Positions 1 to 12,900 of a stretch of DNA of 64,000 bases are shown piece by piece. The translations under genes were made by a program, and so were the position numbers. Position 1 is the first letter of the stretch. Every line of letters starts with the position of its first letter. The notes beneath the pieces were generated by a model that was not told the origin of the DNA, did not search any database, and saw nothing but the letters and a program-made list of their open reading frames with translations. This DNA comes from Veleropilina oligotropha (Eukaryota), in contig JBEUKZ010000115.1 of assembly GCA_048128005.1 (NCBI GenBank), positions 310,001-374,000 of the forward strand, written 5' to 3'.

Positions 1-387
1 AACGACAATATCAATAGTAAAATTTTGTCAATTTGCCAAATGGCCGTACAATCGATTGCAATAAATCGCTTTCATTCACCTGCACTTGTCAGATTCACCT
101 GCCCTTGTCAGATTCACCTGCCCTTGTCAGATTCACAACTAATCATTAATTTGATTGTCAGAACACATATTTTATCATCATCATCATCATCTCTGTAGTC
201 GGGGTACACCGTGCATTTAATCACGTACACTAAATTTTCCATCCCAGCTATTGCCCTTGTTCCAGGAAAAACTTCTGGAATGCTGCCAGATTTTTTGTTT
301 ACAAACATACTATTTTAGTCCATATTTTGACTGGCACTGTCCTCAGCATTCGAAATATTATGCCTGCATCTGTGTATAAAATCAAGC

Positions 388-716
388 GTGCCCTAGCTCC
401 TAAGTGCCCACCGGTCAGTGCCCTAGCTCCTAAGTGCCCACTGGTCAGTGCCCTAGCTAGCTCCTAAGTGCCCACTGGTCAGTGCCCTAGCTCCTAATTA
501 CCCACCAGTCAGTGCCCTAGCTCCTAAGTGCCCACTGGTCACTGCCCTAGCTCCTAAGTGCCCACCAGTCAGTGCCCTAGCTCCTAAGTGCCCACTGGTC
601 AGTGCCCTAGCTCCTACGTGCCCACCGGTCAGTGCCCTAGCTCCTAAGTGCCCACTGGTCAGTGCCCTAGCTCCTAAGTGCCCACCGGTCAGTGCCCAAG
701 CTGCTAAGTGCCCACT
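388..716. repeat. 30-bp minisatellite, ~11 copies
   Basis: Unit GTGCCCTAGCTCCTAAGTGCCCACTGGTCA repeated directly. Confidence 0.95.
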
Positions 717-1313
717 GTGGAGTTGATGTGCTCCTCATGTCACTCATATTGCCTTTAATTATTGAAGGTGCAGCAATATCTGTTCTTAAGATCTTTTCAG
801 AATGATACTACTGTCTCTTGTGCTTGTGAACAAATATTTTCTGAGTTATATATTACCGGTACTTCATTTTGTTTTGAGGCATTATGGACATGCATAAATC
901 TTATTTTTCTGTAACATGTAATGAATTTTAGATATTTTATTTTAATTTAAACATACCACAAAATAAGTTAGATAACGTGTAGTATAAGAATTTCAAAATT
1001 AGCATTAATCCATGGTGCAGTTGAATATCATATTCCAAAATAAGAAACATGCACTCGTATGCAGATTCCAGAATGCACTCTTGTCTGTGTTTTGACTTGC
1101 AGTAGAGTAAACGTTTGCCATTTATAGACTACAGGGGGAGACACTGGTGGGTCGCTATGCTGAGTAAGATGGCTAGGAATGCATTGAGAAGGTATTTATA
1201 GCGGAGTCTGGTTTCAGATGCTCTCCATGAAAGTGTTTGAAGAAGTATATTTAGACAGACCAGTTTGTGATGATGTCTCTGATGTTGTACTTTATATCTG
1301 GCCAACATACCAT

Positions 1314-1571
1314 CAGGGTTCTGCCCAGAAAATCATGAGTGCCGGGTGGGAAAATAGTAGTGCCGGGTGTTAAATGAAAAAGAGTAAAATGTACACCTAA
1401 GTAGAAAATATGCTTGGAATATTTAAATCGATAACAATACATTCGGCATCTTTTGTTACATTTGCTATATTAAAATGCCCAAATTCAATGTAAAAGCAAA
1501 AAAAAAAAGAAGAGTGCCGGGTGGGGAGTCATGAGTGCCGGGTACATGCGCCCACCGTGGGCAGAACCCTG
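1314..1571. mobile_element. MITE with CAGGG termini
   Basis: 14-bp perfect TIRs CAGGGTTCTGCCCA / TGGGCAGAACCCTG. Flanks ACCAT/ACCAG may be a degenerate 5-bp TSD. Superfamily not assigned. Confidence 0.8.
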
Positions 1572-1804
1572 ACCAGTGAACATATCATGAGGAAGACGGA
1601 ATGAACACATATCGCCGCATGCCAGGAACCAGGTCTCAAGAGACTGGTCCATCTTTCCTTTCCATATCCTGATTATCAGGATCCAGATGTGGTACTAGAC
1701 TATCCGAGTCATTTCGCATATTAGACTAGTATTCCAGGACTCCAGAGATTTCAAAGTACATTATGCCACAAAGGTACAATTGTATATGAAATGTGAAATG
1801 CCTT

Positions 1805-1985
1805 CTTGGTGGATGAGTGGTTAGCGCATCAGACTCTCAACCAAAGCTGTTCGTTTCTGCTGCTTAACGTAATTGACGGCATATCCTTAATGTTTGTCAG
1901 TCAGATTGGAGTGAGACTTTAAATCGGGTGTCCCGACTGCGATACTGGCTGAAAAATTCTGTGGCCATTGCATAAACTTAATTAA
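1805..1985 (+). mobile_element. Degenerate tRNA-derived SINE relic
   Basis: A-box-like head GGTGGATGAGTGGTTAGCGCATCAGACT and an AT-rich tail; no intact cloverleaf. Confidence 0.4.
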
Positions 1986-3003
1986 ATTATAATAATCACT
2001 TTCCTTTTCTCGCTATTCAAGTCATGGTCAGAGATGACTCACTGAACGCTGTATTTAGTAAAGTAACAATAGCGTTTATGTGTGTTTAAAGACCAAAGCA
2101 CATTGACTAGAACATTATTCATTCAGGCAAGTTACGTATTGCTCTGATCCTCTTTACGATGGGTGGTCTTGTGATTTTCACAAATCTTTGTTGATTCTTG
2201 TCAAACCTATCTGATTATAGCATTAATTTAACAATGCAGGAATCGTATGTGTAACTTTTATAACAGTTGGTATGGATGCCACATATGAATCCTCATCGTG
2301 GCTTTGGAGAGGGTGCAAGGGTTAGTTGGCATGTTTGTTTATGTCTAGATTCTCTGTTGGCTGTGCTGAGTGAGATCACACAGTCTCTTTGATGTTGCTT
2401 ATGGTCATTTGTTATTGTTTCTTATCAAAGAGTTCAGCAGTATTGTAAGAATTATGGTGATAACAGATGATAACAATACTACGTTGCACTTATAAGCTGT
2501 TATATTGGGCTGAATTATCAGTGAGCAGTGAGTGCATTCCTGATAACCGTGACAACAGTTGGGGTTTTCCATTGCCCGTAATGTCATCGGATGTATACAG
2601 CATGGCACAAGGGTATAAATCGATAATTTTATTCCCAAAATAAAAAGTAATGTTCCTGTTCTCATAGACAGTTATCTTGCTCAATGCACGCAATGCCATT
2701 GTTACCGTCTATGAACTTCGATACGTTGACGTGAAGTGCATTTAGTTATCTGTCGGTCATGAACTTTAAATCTGGTGTAAATAATACAGTTCATCATCAT
2801 TTATGTATACTGCTAATCCAGGCTGCACAGAAGTAATGTGATGTTGGTAGTAACATAGACAGTAATCTGTGTGTTATCTTGGATTATCTCAATAAAATGA
2901 CAATAAGCATTGATTTTATAATGATTAACATGATAACATGGTTTTCTTCTGTTCTGTCAGTTTACAATAAAGTTGATATTTATCTTTCATTAATTCAATT
3001 GTT

Positions 3004-3322
3004 AACGAGGGGATGTATCCCCTCCCACGGTAGCAGAAATCAATGGGCACAGTGTCCTCATCATGCCAAACATGTATACCAAATTGGATTCAAATCGGAT
3101 TAGATCTATTCACTGTAGAGCAAGCACAAAAAATCTTTTGGATCCGAAAACGACGAAAATCGTTGGGTGGCGTGTCCGCATCATAACTGATGTGCATACC
3201 AAATTTGAATCAAATCGGATTAGAACCTTTCACTGTAGAGCGCACACAAGAAATCTCTGCGGCGGCGGCTGAACGATGACTAAACCATACTATCCCTGAA
3301 ATGTTAAATTTTGGAGATACAA
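3004..3322 (-). mobile_element. Helentron-type non-autonomous element (HINE), family A
   Basis: Reverse-complement similarity to 37535-38187 and 43380-43743; TGTATCCCC-type subterminal repeats; GGC microsatellite. Confidence 0.7.
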
Positions 3323-3367
3323 TTAAAAGTGGTCATAAAATCAGTAAATTTATCGACCTATAGCTAT

Positions 3368-4730
3368 TTATGTCTCCCCATCCCTGTGGGGAGACATACT
3401 GTTTTTGTATCGTCCGTCTGTCCGTCTGTCCGTCTGTCCGTCCGTCTGTCTGTCACACTTTGGTTTCCGGACGATAACTACCGTTTCCTTTGAGCGATTA
3501 TGCTCATATTTGGTACACAGGTTGCTTATGAGGAGAGGTCCCTTGGGATTGCTTTTCAGGGCGGTACGCCAAAGGTCATGTGATCTGCGACTAAAAATAG
3601 AATTTTGACTCAGATTTGGTTTCCAGACGATAACTACTGTTTCCTTTGAGTGATTATGCTCATATTTGGTACTCGGGTTGCTTATGAGGAGAGGTCCCTT
3701 GGGATTGCTTTTTAGGTCGGTACGCCAAAGGTCATGTGATCTGCGACTAAAAATAGAATTTTGACTCAGATTTGGTTTCCAGACGATAACTAACGTTTCC
3801 TTTCAGCGATTATGCTCATATTTGGTACACGGGTTGGTTATGAGGAGAGGTCCCTTGGGATTGCTTTTCAGGTCGGTATGCCGAAGGTCATGTGATCTGC
3901 GACTAAAAATAGAATTTTGACTCAGATTTGGTTTCCAGATGATAACTAATGTTTCCTTTCAGCGATTATGCTCATATTTGGTACACTGGTTGGTTATGAG
4001 GAGTGGTCCCTTGGGATTGCTTTTCAGGTCGGTACGCCAAAGGTCATGTGATCTGCGACTAAAAATAGAATTTTGACTCAGATTTGGTTTCCAGACGATA
4101 ACTACCATTTCCTTTGAGCGATTATGCTCATATTTGGTACACAGGTTGCTTATGAGGAGAGGAGAGATTGCTTTTCAGGTCTGTATGCCAAAGGTCACGT
4201 GACTTGTTGCTAAAAATATAATTTTCCCGAATTTTGATTGCGATTTGCATTCAGGGCACAGGGAAATAACTACTGTTCATATTGAATGGTCATGGTCAAG
4301 CTCATAGGCAGGTTGTGTATGAGGTATGAGGAAATGATGCTTTGAATTGTATATTTGAAAGTCAATATTTTAAAGGTCATGTGATCTGTCTAAAAATAGA
4401 ATTTTTGTCATTTGGTTTCTGTATAATATCTACCGTGCATATTGGGCAATCGCGCTCATATTTGGAATATTTACGGATTGTGTATGAAGAGAGGATGCTT
4501 TTGACATCAATATAGGCCTAAGGTCATGTGATCTGTTGCTCAAAGTACAATTTTCGATAATTTGCTTTCCTGATAATTTGCGCAAATGATCTTTTTTTAC
4601 AACTATGGATCAATCGATCATTCCGACATTGCTAATTTTAACAAGAAGATGAAGATTACATGAAAATTTTACACTTCTATTCAAATAGGGGAGACATTCC
4701 TGTTATTGTGGACAATAACAACATCTAGTT
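3368..4730 (+). mobile_element. HINE carrying a ~156-bp internal tandem array
   Basis: subTIRs ATGTCTCCCC (3370) and GGGGAGACAT (4688); (GTCC/GTCT)n microsatellite at 3412-3452; units starting at about 3459, 3615, 3771, 3927 and 4083; 3' hairpin TGTTATTGT-GG-ACAATAACA followed by CTAGTT. Confidence 0.85.
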
Positions 4731-5586
4731 AGCAATTGAAATTGTGCCAAAAAATTTCCAGTCTTAAGATATGATAGTGGTCACGGGATGCATAGTGACA
4801 TGGCTCCGCATTCATATTCTGTTGTGCAGTTCCTTTGCTTCAAGGGGGAAATACTTTTTAATGTTATTCATTTTTGCATATAATGAATATTGAAGTATGT
4901 GCCTTTCATTTAGCATGAAATCACTCCTTCATTGTGAACTACAGTTGCCCCTATATTCGGGCATTCTGTACTGGGCAGATTGCTCCAGGATGAGCCATCA
5001 CTCCAAAATTCTCCACATAAATGCATTTGAAAATTTTAAGCCTGTTAGCTGTACATAGGTTCACTGCCAGGGTTTTCTGAGTGAGTAAGAGCTATGCTCC
5101 AAAAGTCACTTGTCCTAACAGGCCAGCTCTGACTTGATGAATTGGCAGTGCACTGGTCAAAGACATTTAGGAGTATAACAGTCACAGGTGTCAATAACAT
5201 GGGCACCGCAGGTGGTTTTCACCAGGCATTCCATTCGTCTCTCACGTCATTGTGATAATGTCCTGGTATCACACTGAACTATTGAGGCACATATGATTGG
5301 ATGACACATGGTTAAAACAACAGAAACCTAATTACGAAGTGTGTTTTTAGTTGTTGGAGCAATTATCGCCTCCAGACTTCACAGGCAAGGGTGAATACCT
5401 GCCAGTGTAAAGCCACGTCCCATACGTCTGACAAGATCTTCGACTAGTGGATCACTTTTTCCCACCTTTAAGGACTAACTATTGAGGCACAGTGCTTGAT
5501 CAAAACTAAGAGTTGAACCCAGACCGTTAAACAGCGCATTGGACCTCGAGCACTGCTCTTGTATCCACAGCATGGATGTTGGATAG

Positions 5587-5760
5587 GATTGATGCTTAAT
5601 GTCCTGTATGTTTACAACCTTTAGGTTCAAGGCAGGACATGCGCATATTATCGCGTGGGAGGAAAGCAGGCACTCCATTTGTTCCTTTCACATCATTGTG
5701 AAAATGTCCGAGTATCGTATGACCTTGCTGGATTTTAAGTCGAACAATAAACCAAAGGTC
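5587..5760 (-). mobile_element. SINE fragment
   Basis: Reverse complement resembles 30750-30985 (TTTCCTCCC..GCGATAATA..CATGTCCTG..CAGGACATTAAGCATC). Confidence 0.65.
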
Positions 5761-5846
5761 AAACCAAATCAAGAGCTTTTAATGTTGTCCTTAGTTGCCC
5801 TACTGTGCCACTGATGATGGCTGTGACTTTGTTGCCCTTAGATTTG

Positions 5847-6175
5847 TGTAGGATGTACGATGTGAGTATGTCATTGTAGGATGTACGATGTTAGTATGTC
5901 ATTGTAGGATGTACGATGTTAGTATGTCATTGTAGGATGTACGATGTTAGTATGTCATTGTAGGATGTACGATGTTAGTATGTCATTGTAGGATGTACGA
6001 TGTTAGTATGTCATTGTAGGATGTACGATGTTAGTATGTCATTGTAGGATGTACGATGTTAGTATGTCATTGTAGGATGTACGATGTTAGTATGTCATTG
6101 TAGGATGTACGATGTTAGTATGTCATTGTAGGATGTACGATGTTAGTATGTCATTGTAGCATGTACAATGCGAGT
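5847..6175. repeat. 28-bp minisatellite, ~11 copies
   Basis: Unit TGTAGGATGTACGATGTTAGTATGTCAT. Confidence 0.95.
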
Positions 6176-6298
6176 ATGATGGGTTAATAAATAATGTGAC
6201 AGATGTTTTCTTTGGTCCAGCAGTCGGCAATACTCTGTCGTCTTGACCCAATACTCCGTGATCTACCTGAATTGGTGACGACTGTTTTTTTAGTGTAA

Positions 6299-6400
6299 GT
6301 AATAATAATAATAATAAAGACATTATTTCCAGTTGGAGTACAATTAATTAAGTAAACCAATCTAGTCCCTCCCTGACCAAACATATTAAAACCACAATAA
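6299..6400 (-). mobile_element. 3' end of an L2/CR1-group LINE
   Basis: (TAA)n tail followed by GGAGTACA..TTAA..AATCT..AGTCCCTC, resembling the LINE 3' end at 14335-14420. Confidence 0.5.
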
Positions 6401-7754
6401 AATCATGGTACAAATTAAAGTTTCCAGATACCGTATAGGCTACCTTGTAGTTTCAGTTTTTTATTAGAAGAAAATTATCTTGTCCAGAAGAATAGTTAAT
6501 GCCATAATCATTATATATTCATATACAATAGAAATATTGATCGTGTACAGTGACTTAAGAACCACGCACGAAGTGTCAAGGTCATTGTGATGTAGGAGTT
6601 AATCCACCTCTCCACAGCTGTTACCGGTTGATGCATTTATAAATGCGATATAGGCTATTTTCATAGATGTTTATAGCATGTTTATATGTACACTACTATT
6701 ATGGTCAAACACTAACTACTCTGCACGTGGGCGTCACATTGATCTGAATATCGCTTTCCGATAGCACTTCATTTAACGTCTTTTTCTGTTTTGGTTTAAG
6801 TCTGGAAAGTTCATTTCATGATCACAAATACCAGGATATGTCCATATTATTGTGGAAGATGAAAGACGGAGAAATAGATGCAATATTTATTAAGTACATG
6901 TTGATGAATTTTTTCTCTCCAATTGTATGCGAGCCGCACGGGTTGTGTAATTGATAAGTGTACCTGCCAATTAACCCGCCTGATTGCACTGAATAGCAGA
7001 AGTGGGTTTGATCCTCCACTGAGCTCTTTCGGTGAGGCTGGGTACCCCTGTGCGACCAGGCATTCTTTTGACGATGTTCGGAGTTCAAGTTGCATCGATC
7101 CGAACAAACCATTTGTATGTTTTGCAGAAAATAATTATGAATATGTCTCCAGACCATATGACCGCAGCCATTTATATGAACAACAAAATTCTGAAAAAAT
7201 TCTAAAGATGTTGTTTTAAAATTAAAATAGTATGTACGAGGTAAAATTTCTTGATTTTAATTGTTACATATTTTACCTTGAGGTACAGAGGTATGGTGCA
7301 TATGTGAAGGTTAGTTGGTATAGACTTTGGACAGTGGTTATTTTTAGTTCAATTGTATTATTGTCGATTCATGACAGCATGTCGCAATGCCCACCCCATA
7401 TTTCCGAGCAGAGGTCATGTCGCAATACACGCTGCATGTTGCTGAGCAGGGGTACATTGAGTGTGCATATGTCTGATGAGGAAAACTTGTTCATTCATGT
7501 TATTTTAAGTCCTTTCTATGTCAACAGTTCACGGCACAGCCTGCTTGACAAAAATACACCCCTGGTATCATGTGCCATATTTAGTTTGTGATTATTTGGT
7601 GTATGCAATTTATTAGTCTATATTTAGCATGCACAATTTGCCTGTATCAATAATCATTGCTGTTTCCAGTGAAGTTGTTCCTTTTGCTATTTAACATTGT
7701 GAGACAATTATTGACAGAGTTTTGCCTTGTTTCAAATTTGTCCAAAACTGAATG

Positions 7755-7880
7755 GAGAGGGTGGGTGTTCCCGGTGAGGGTGGGTGTTCCCGGCTAGGGT
7801 TGGTGTTCCCAGTGAGGGTGGGTGTTCCTGGTGAGGGTGGGTGTTCCCGGTGAGGGTGGGTGTTCCCGGTGAGGGTGGGT
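7755..7880. repeat. 19-bp minisatellite, ~6 copies
   Basis: Unit GTGAGGGTGGGTGTTCCCG. Confidence 0.9.
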
Positions 7881-9259
7881 TTTCCCAGCGACTTCGTTTT
7901 CCTCCTGTCATAATAATGACATGTTCTTGTTTGAACCGGAAAGTTGTAAAAAAACAGGATCAAACCACATTTTGATATTTATGATTTTGTCTTCTTGTTG
8001 ATACATATTAGTGTAATTTACTCATCTCTATTTGCCATGTATGTTTATATTTATATTTGTGTTGTGCATGCCGCGACGTGATGCTAGGTGCTCCTCATAT
8101 CCTGCTAGGTGCTCCTCATATCCTGGTATATGTCAGTAGGGCGCGGTTTATTAATAGCGCATATTCATGGTTGTTGTGATCAGGGATTAATGGGTCCTCT
8201 CGACTGGCACTGCCTATCACAGACTGCAGCCTGTCACACAGTGCAGCTGTCCTTATCTCATTACCATAATAAGCCACTCGACCTATCATCGGGGATGTGT
8301 AATCATAATATTTATATTCTGTGTCATATGACAATGGTTAATGCATGACACAGAGTCTTTTGATGTGATTGCAATGGAACCACCTGACTATTATAACACT
8401 TCTGCATTCACATAATACATTCCAAACAAATAAAAAAGGGTGATCCTGGTCTAAATATAAACACCAATAAGTCCGGTTGTCAGGTTTAAATAAGGAGATG
8501 TTTAATGAAACTCCTTGTACTTCAACTGCTGTTTTGTATACATATTACATACCCACATTTTAATTAAAACCAACTGATCTTATATTTAGTTATTAATAAA
8601 AATTAAAAGGTCCTTGTGTTCCTAGTTTAACAACATTGTTTGGTGATTTTCTTTGGAAATGGTGATACAACTGTTTCTTGTTTAATTAAAGCATTGTTCC
8701 AAATTCATTTTTCTGATGGCGTTGCTTTGCAGAATGGATCTAAATCCTCAGCTTGTAGAGTTTGTGGACTGAACAGTCACAGACTTCCGTACCTGTCTGG
8801 GCACGCAGGTGCTTTCCAGTGACTGGGCTTTCCTCCCGTGATATATATATCCAGGTATGATCATACAGGGTGTTAATTGGGATTTATCGATCGAGGGGGG
8901 GGGCAATCATGTGTGAGGTGGTTGGGGCGGGGATGGGGAACTGGGGGGGGGGAACTGAGTGGGAAGGGGGGCAGGAATTGGGGAATTTCAGCGAAATCAC
9001 CCGTTTGTCAACGCGTGTGCCTGCCAATCATTAGTGTACCAAACTTGTTACTCCCATTGCATTATGGGATCATGCATACCTGCTCTCCGGACTCTGGTTG
9101 ACCTGACACCAGTCACCTTGTCTCGTATGAAGGACATACATGGCGGATTATTAATGCCACAGCTGTTATTATGACAAAATCATGGACAATGCTTCCTCAT
9201 GATTATTGTTAGGAGGATGCAAGCTGTTATCATAAATAAAATATTGTTGCACATTTCAG

Positions 9260-9291
9260 CAGGTTTACGAGGCCTGGTCGCGAAGGTTTAC
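9260..9291 (+). other. Candidate microexon (29 or 32 nt)
   Basis: Acceptor TTTCAG|CAG (NAGNAG) and donor AC|GTAAGC; no stop codon in any frame; weak polypyrimidine tract. Confidence 0.25.
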
Positions 9292-9933
9292 GTAAGCACG
9301 GCAAGGCTCTGATTTGTGTGTATTCCGCACACTTTTTAATTGTTGGGAGTGAATTATTTATTTTTCTACAGCTGTAGCAACTGAGACAACATTACATAAC
9401 TTATTCGTAAGATGACATGCCGTGCAGACCCAGTCTGCAGACTTTTGTTGCTCGATTACATATAACAACTGTCAAGCAATGCACAGCGTCGTCGCTCTGT
9501 AACAGCTGATTTGCGTGCAAAGTCTGGAAGGTGTCTTCGATCTAAAACATTCATTTTACTGGATTGATCTTTGTAGTACGTAGTTTCCATAATGCCGGAT
9601 TAGCAGTGGTTTTTGCAAGCATGTGGTTTCCACTAATCTAACTAAAACATTAAATTGTAATGCTTGATCGTTGCATGTTCCCTAGACCCTGGTCCAGCAC
9701 ACCTTTGCTTGATTATTAATGTCTGTGTGGGTGCATGTGAACTATAAAGGGCATGTGTGTGGGGTGGGCCAGAATGCCAGCCTTACATCTGCTACTGACT
9801 GACTGAGGGTACTGCCTTGGTGCCGTTGGCCTCTGATATATGATGAGTACATTGTCGGAGGCAATGCCTGCAGGCAAAATGTCAGCCACCATGTCTAATA
9901 GTCAGCATATCAGTCAGACCAGTCCAGTATAAT

Positions 9934-12900
9934 TAGTCCAGTCAAGCTACGGTTTAAACATCAAACTAATTGCAAAAGAATGAATTTATTTATACCAATT
10001 TTATATTGGAATAACTTACTAAACAGCATACTGAAAGTCTTAAGAAATTTATAAAGGGGAACATTAAATATTTGAACACTAAACATTTTAATTTTCCCGT
10101 ATTTTTAGTTGTCACTTACGGGCCACCGTACGAGGAGAAATCCGCTGGTCACTCTCACTTTGGCATGTGTTTTCGTTAAAGATTATCGTCGTGGCATGAT
10201 TCTGTGTTTGTAATAACGTACCTACACATTTAAATTGTTTATAAATTGGGTTATATAATACCATACCAACGGTAATGACTTGACAGCATAGAAATACTTG
10301 AAGTTGGTGTCAACTTCTGCCCGTGGTGAATCTCGATCGTTGTTGCTACAACTTTTATCCCCAATATACGCTAATTATAAATAATACATTGAACTTTGGA
10401 AACTTTAGTGATAATTAATGTAAATTAAGTGGATGATCTAATGTTCGCTCATGTTAATACAATTTTATTGGCCAGAACTGAATGAGATACGGAAACGAAT
10501 GCATTGCTGGCAGTCAATATGTATGGAAGCACGCCAATGACGTGGATAAAAATAGTACCGCTCTGTATGCAAACGTTACGTACGTTAGACGTAGTATTAT
10601 AATTTCAATGAAATATTCCTCCATTTTCTTAGATTCTAACATTACGACGACATTTTACAACAAACCGGATACAAAACTGAATATATAAAATTAATTACCA
10701 AACAAATAAAAATATATGACATTTTATAATTATTATATTCTGACCTATTTTTGCCTATGAATTATTTATTATGTAATATATATTACACTGCAATCCTAGA
10801 AATTATGTGGATATCGCGCGAGGGTGTCAGAGGTTATCTGTCATGCATACTAATATTTTCTATTGTAAATGTCGATATGTAATCCCTTAAAACACATGGG
10901 ATAGTCTATATAATGCCCCCACGTACTGTTATCAGAATGTGCATGGGCACGTCCATGCAAATGAGTCTGTCACCTTGTTAAGTTCTTTGCGTAAGGCAGT
11001 CACTAGTCATGACCCGAGCTATTCCAATTGTTTGTGCTATAACTTGGAATAAATGAGCGACAGGCTCTAACCTATTGTGAAAAAATCTCATACGAAAATT
11101 GAATCTATATTAGTCAAACAAATATTCAAAGGAACTTGACCACGGATGATGTCACACATCTCCAGATAGGAATTGGTGTCCAATTATTGCACCTTTATTT
11201 TGGTTCGAAATTTCTAATTAACACGCTTAATGGTCTAGGATTTTTCTCATTTTCGTAACGGAGATTGTTAATTATTTGAAGCCATTGCATATACATCTCA
11301 AGCTACAGAAATTGCTGATGTCGATACTGGTATATTTCTTCAATTATAGTTGATAGCGTAGACCACAACCTAAGAACCTTGGATGGACGCAGTATGTTTG
11401 ACGGAATGGGAATTATTAGTGGAGAAGAAGCTAGCTCTATCAGTCTCACGAACTTCTGTCGCAACAGATGATCTCTTCTCTGTAGGAAAGATCGTCTTAC
11501 ATTTTTTTAAACAATAATTATTATTGGCAATACATTCAAAGACATGAAGTATAAAAACGTACTAATTATGAACACAGACATAATGTCAAATATTATTTTA
11601 CCTATTTAGGTATGATGCAAGATGTTTAAAGAAGGCAAATACACTGATCTGTCTTCAGTTACAATCTTGATCGATAAGATTCTCAGTTTGTCGTTTAACC
11701 AAATAATATGACACAAACTCCAGTAATCACGTTTCACCAAATAGTCTAAACCTGATTTTCGGTCATTTTTACTAAGATTGGGCGGATTCCTGTGTTGCAT
11801 CGGCCGCATGTGCATATTTACGGTTGCTGCTGCGAATATTTTCGCTGGTCTCGTCTTATCATTGACTTGCTCCCCAATGGCGTCATTCCTAGATGACAGC
11901 TCACCTTACTGAAGAAGTTTAGGGAGTAGATAATATGCCATACGACAGAAGTGGCCCGTCAAATGCTTTGGAGATCGCTGCAAGATGGTGTAGACTGATT
12001 GGAGGTTGAGTGGTAAAGGTGTAGCTAGGGCAATCAGGTGACATGGGCTTGTTCATAATGCCCTCAACGCGATGATCACACCATGAACCTTCAAACCATC
12101 ATATCACAGAAACATACAGTATGACAGATGATTATCCACCAATTTTAACTTATGCAACATGCTGGAATGAAACAAATTCAACCATAGGAGATGACATAAC
12201 AGCCGCTACTGCTTTTTACTACAACTATAAAGCAACATATCATTTAAATCAAGCACGCGTAGTGCTGACTTTAGATGCAATAATCTAGATGGTGAACCTA
12301 TCCATGTGAATCCAAAGCTTCTTTTCCAGAGATTGCTGACAGCAGTCAATGGTTTACTCAAAGACAATTCACAATAATTATTATTTTCCTTTGAATTAAG
12401 CAGTTATCCTTTGGCTTTCTTATAATTTAGCACATCAGAACTTTCCAGAGATACAAAAATAAGCGATAAGGACTTGTGTTCAGTGCCAGAAACAACATTT
12501 GAAGACAAGCAGTGTGTTATTGAGAGATGACATGTTGCATATAGAAAAGGAGATAGCAAGAAATGCATTGCATCAAAAGTAAAATTCACATGGGATTCGT
12601 TCAAAAAGGACGACTTTCTGGCCGATACATACCATGAACTTAATATATGAAGGATCTAACTCATATGGCCTGTCGCTGTTCCATTAATTATTCGAAGTAA
12701 TAGTCTAACCAATGCAATTTAACTATGGCTACTGATCATAGCATTTGACAACAAAGGAATTGACGCGGTGTCGGACTCAATTGAATGGAATCGTCAACTC
12801 TCATATCGCGCTCAGACATATAGCCTATTTTATGTGTATTTAAGGAGTTACATCGTGAAAATTGCAATATATTTTCTTGGTATTTATAACAGATAAATAC

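Noticed and set aside
1105..1191. Possible + strand exon (SKRLPFIDYRGRHWW...)
   Set aside because: Weak donor (GTATTT) and no recognisable homology.
6822..7591. Protein-coding ORFs of 86-119 aa
   Set aside because: No recognisable protein features; the local GC enrichment is better explained by base-paired arms.
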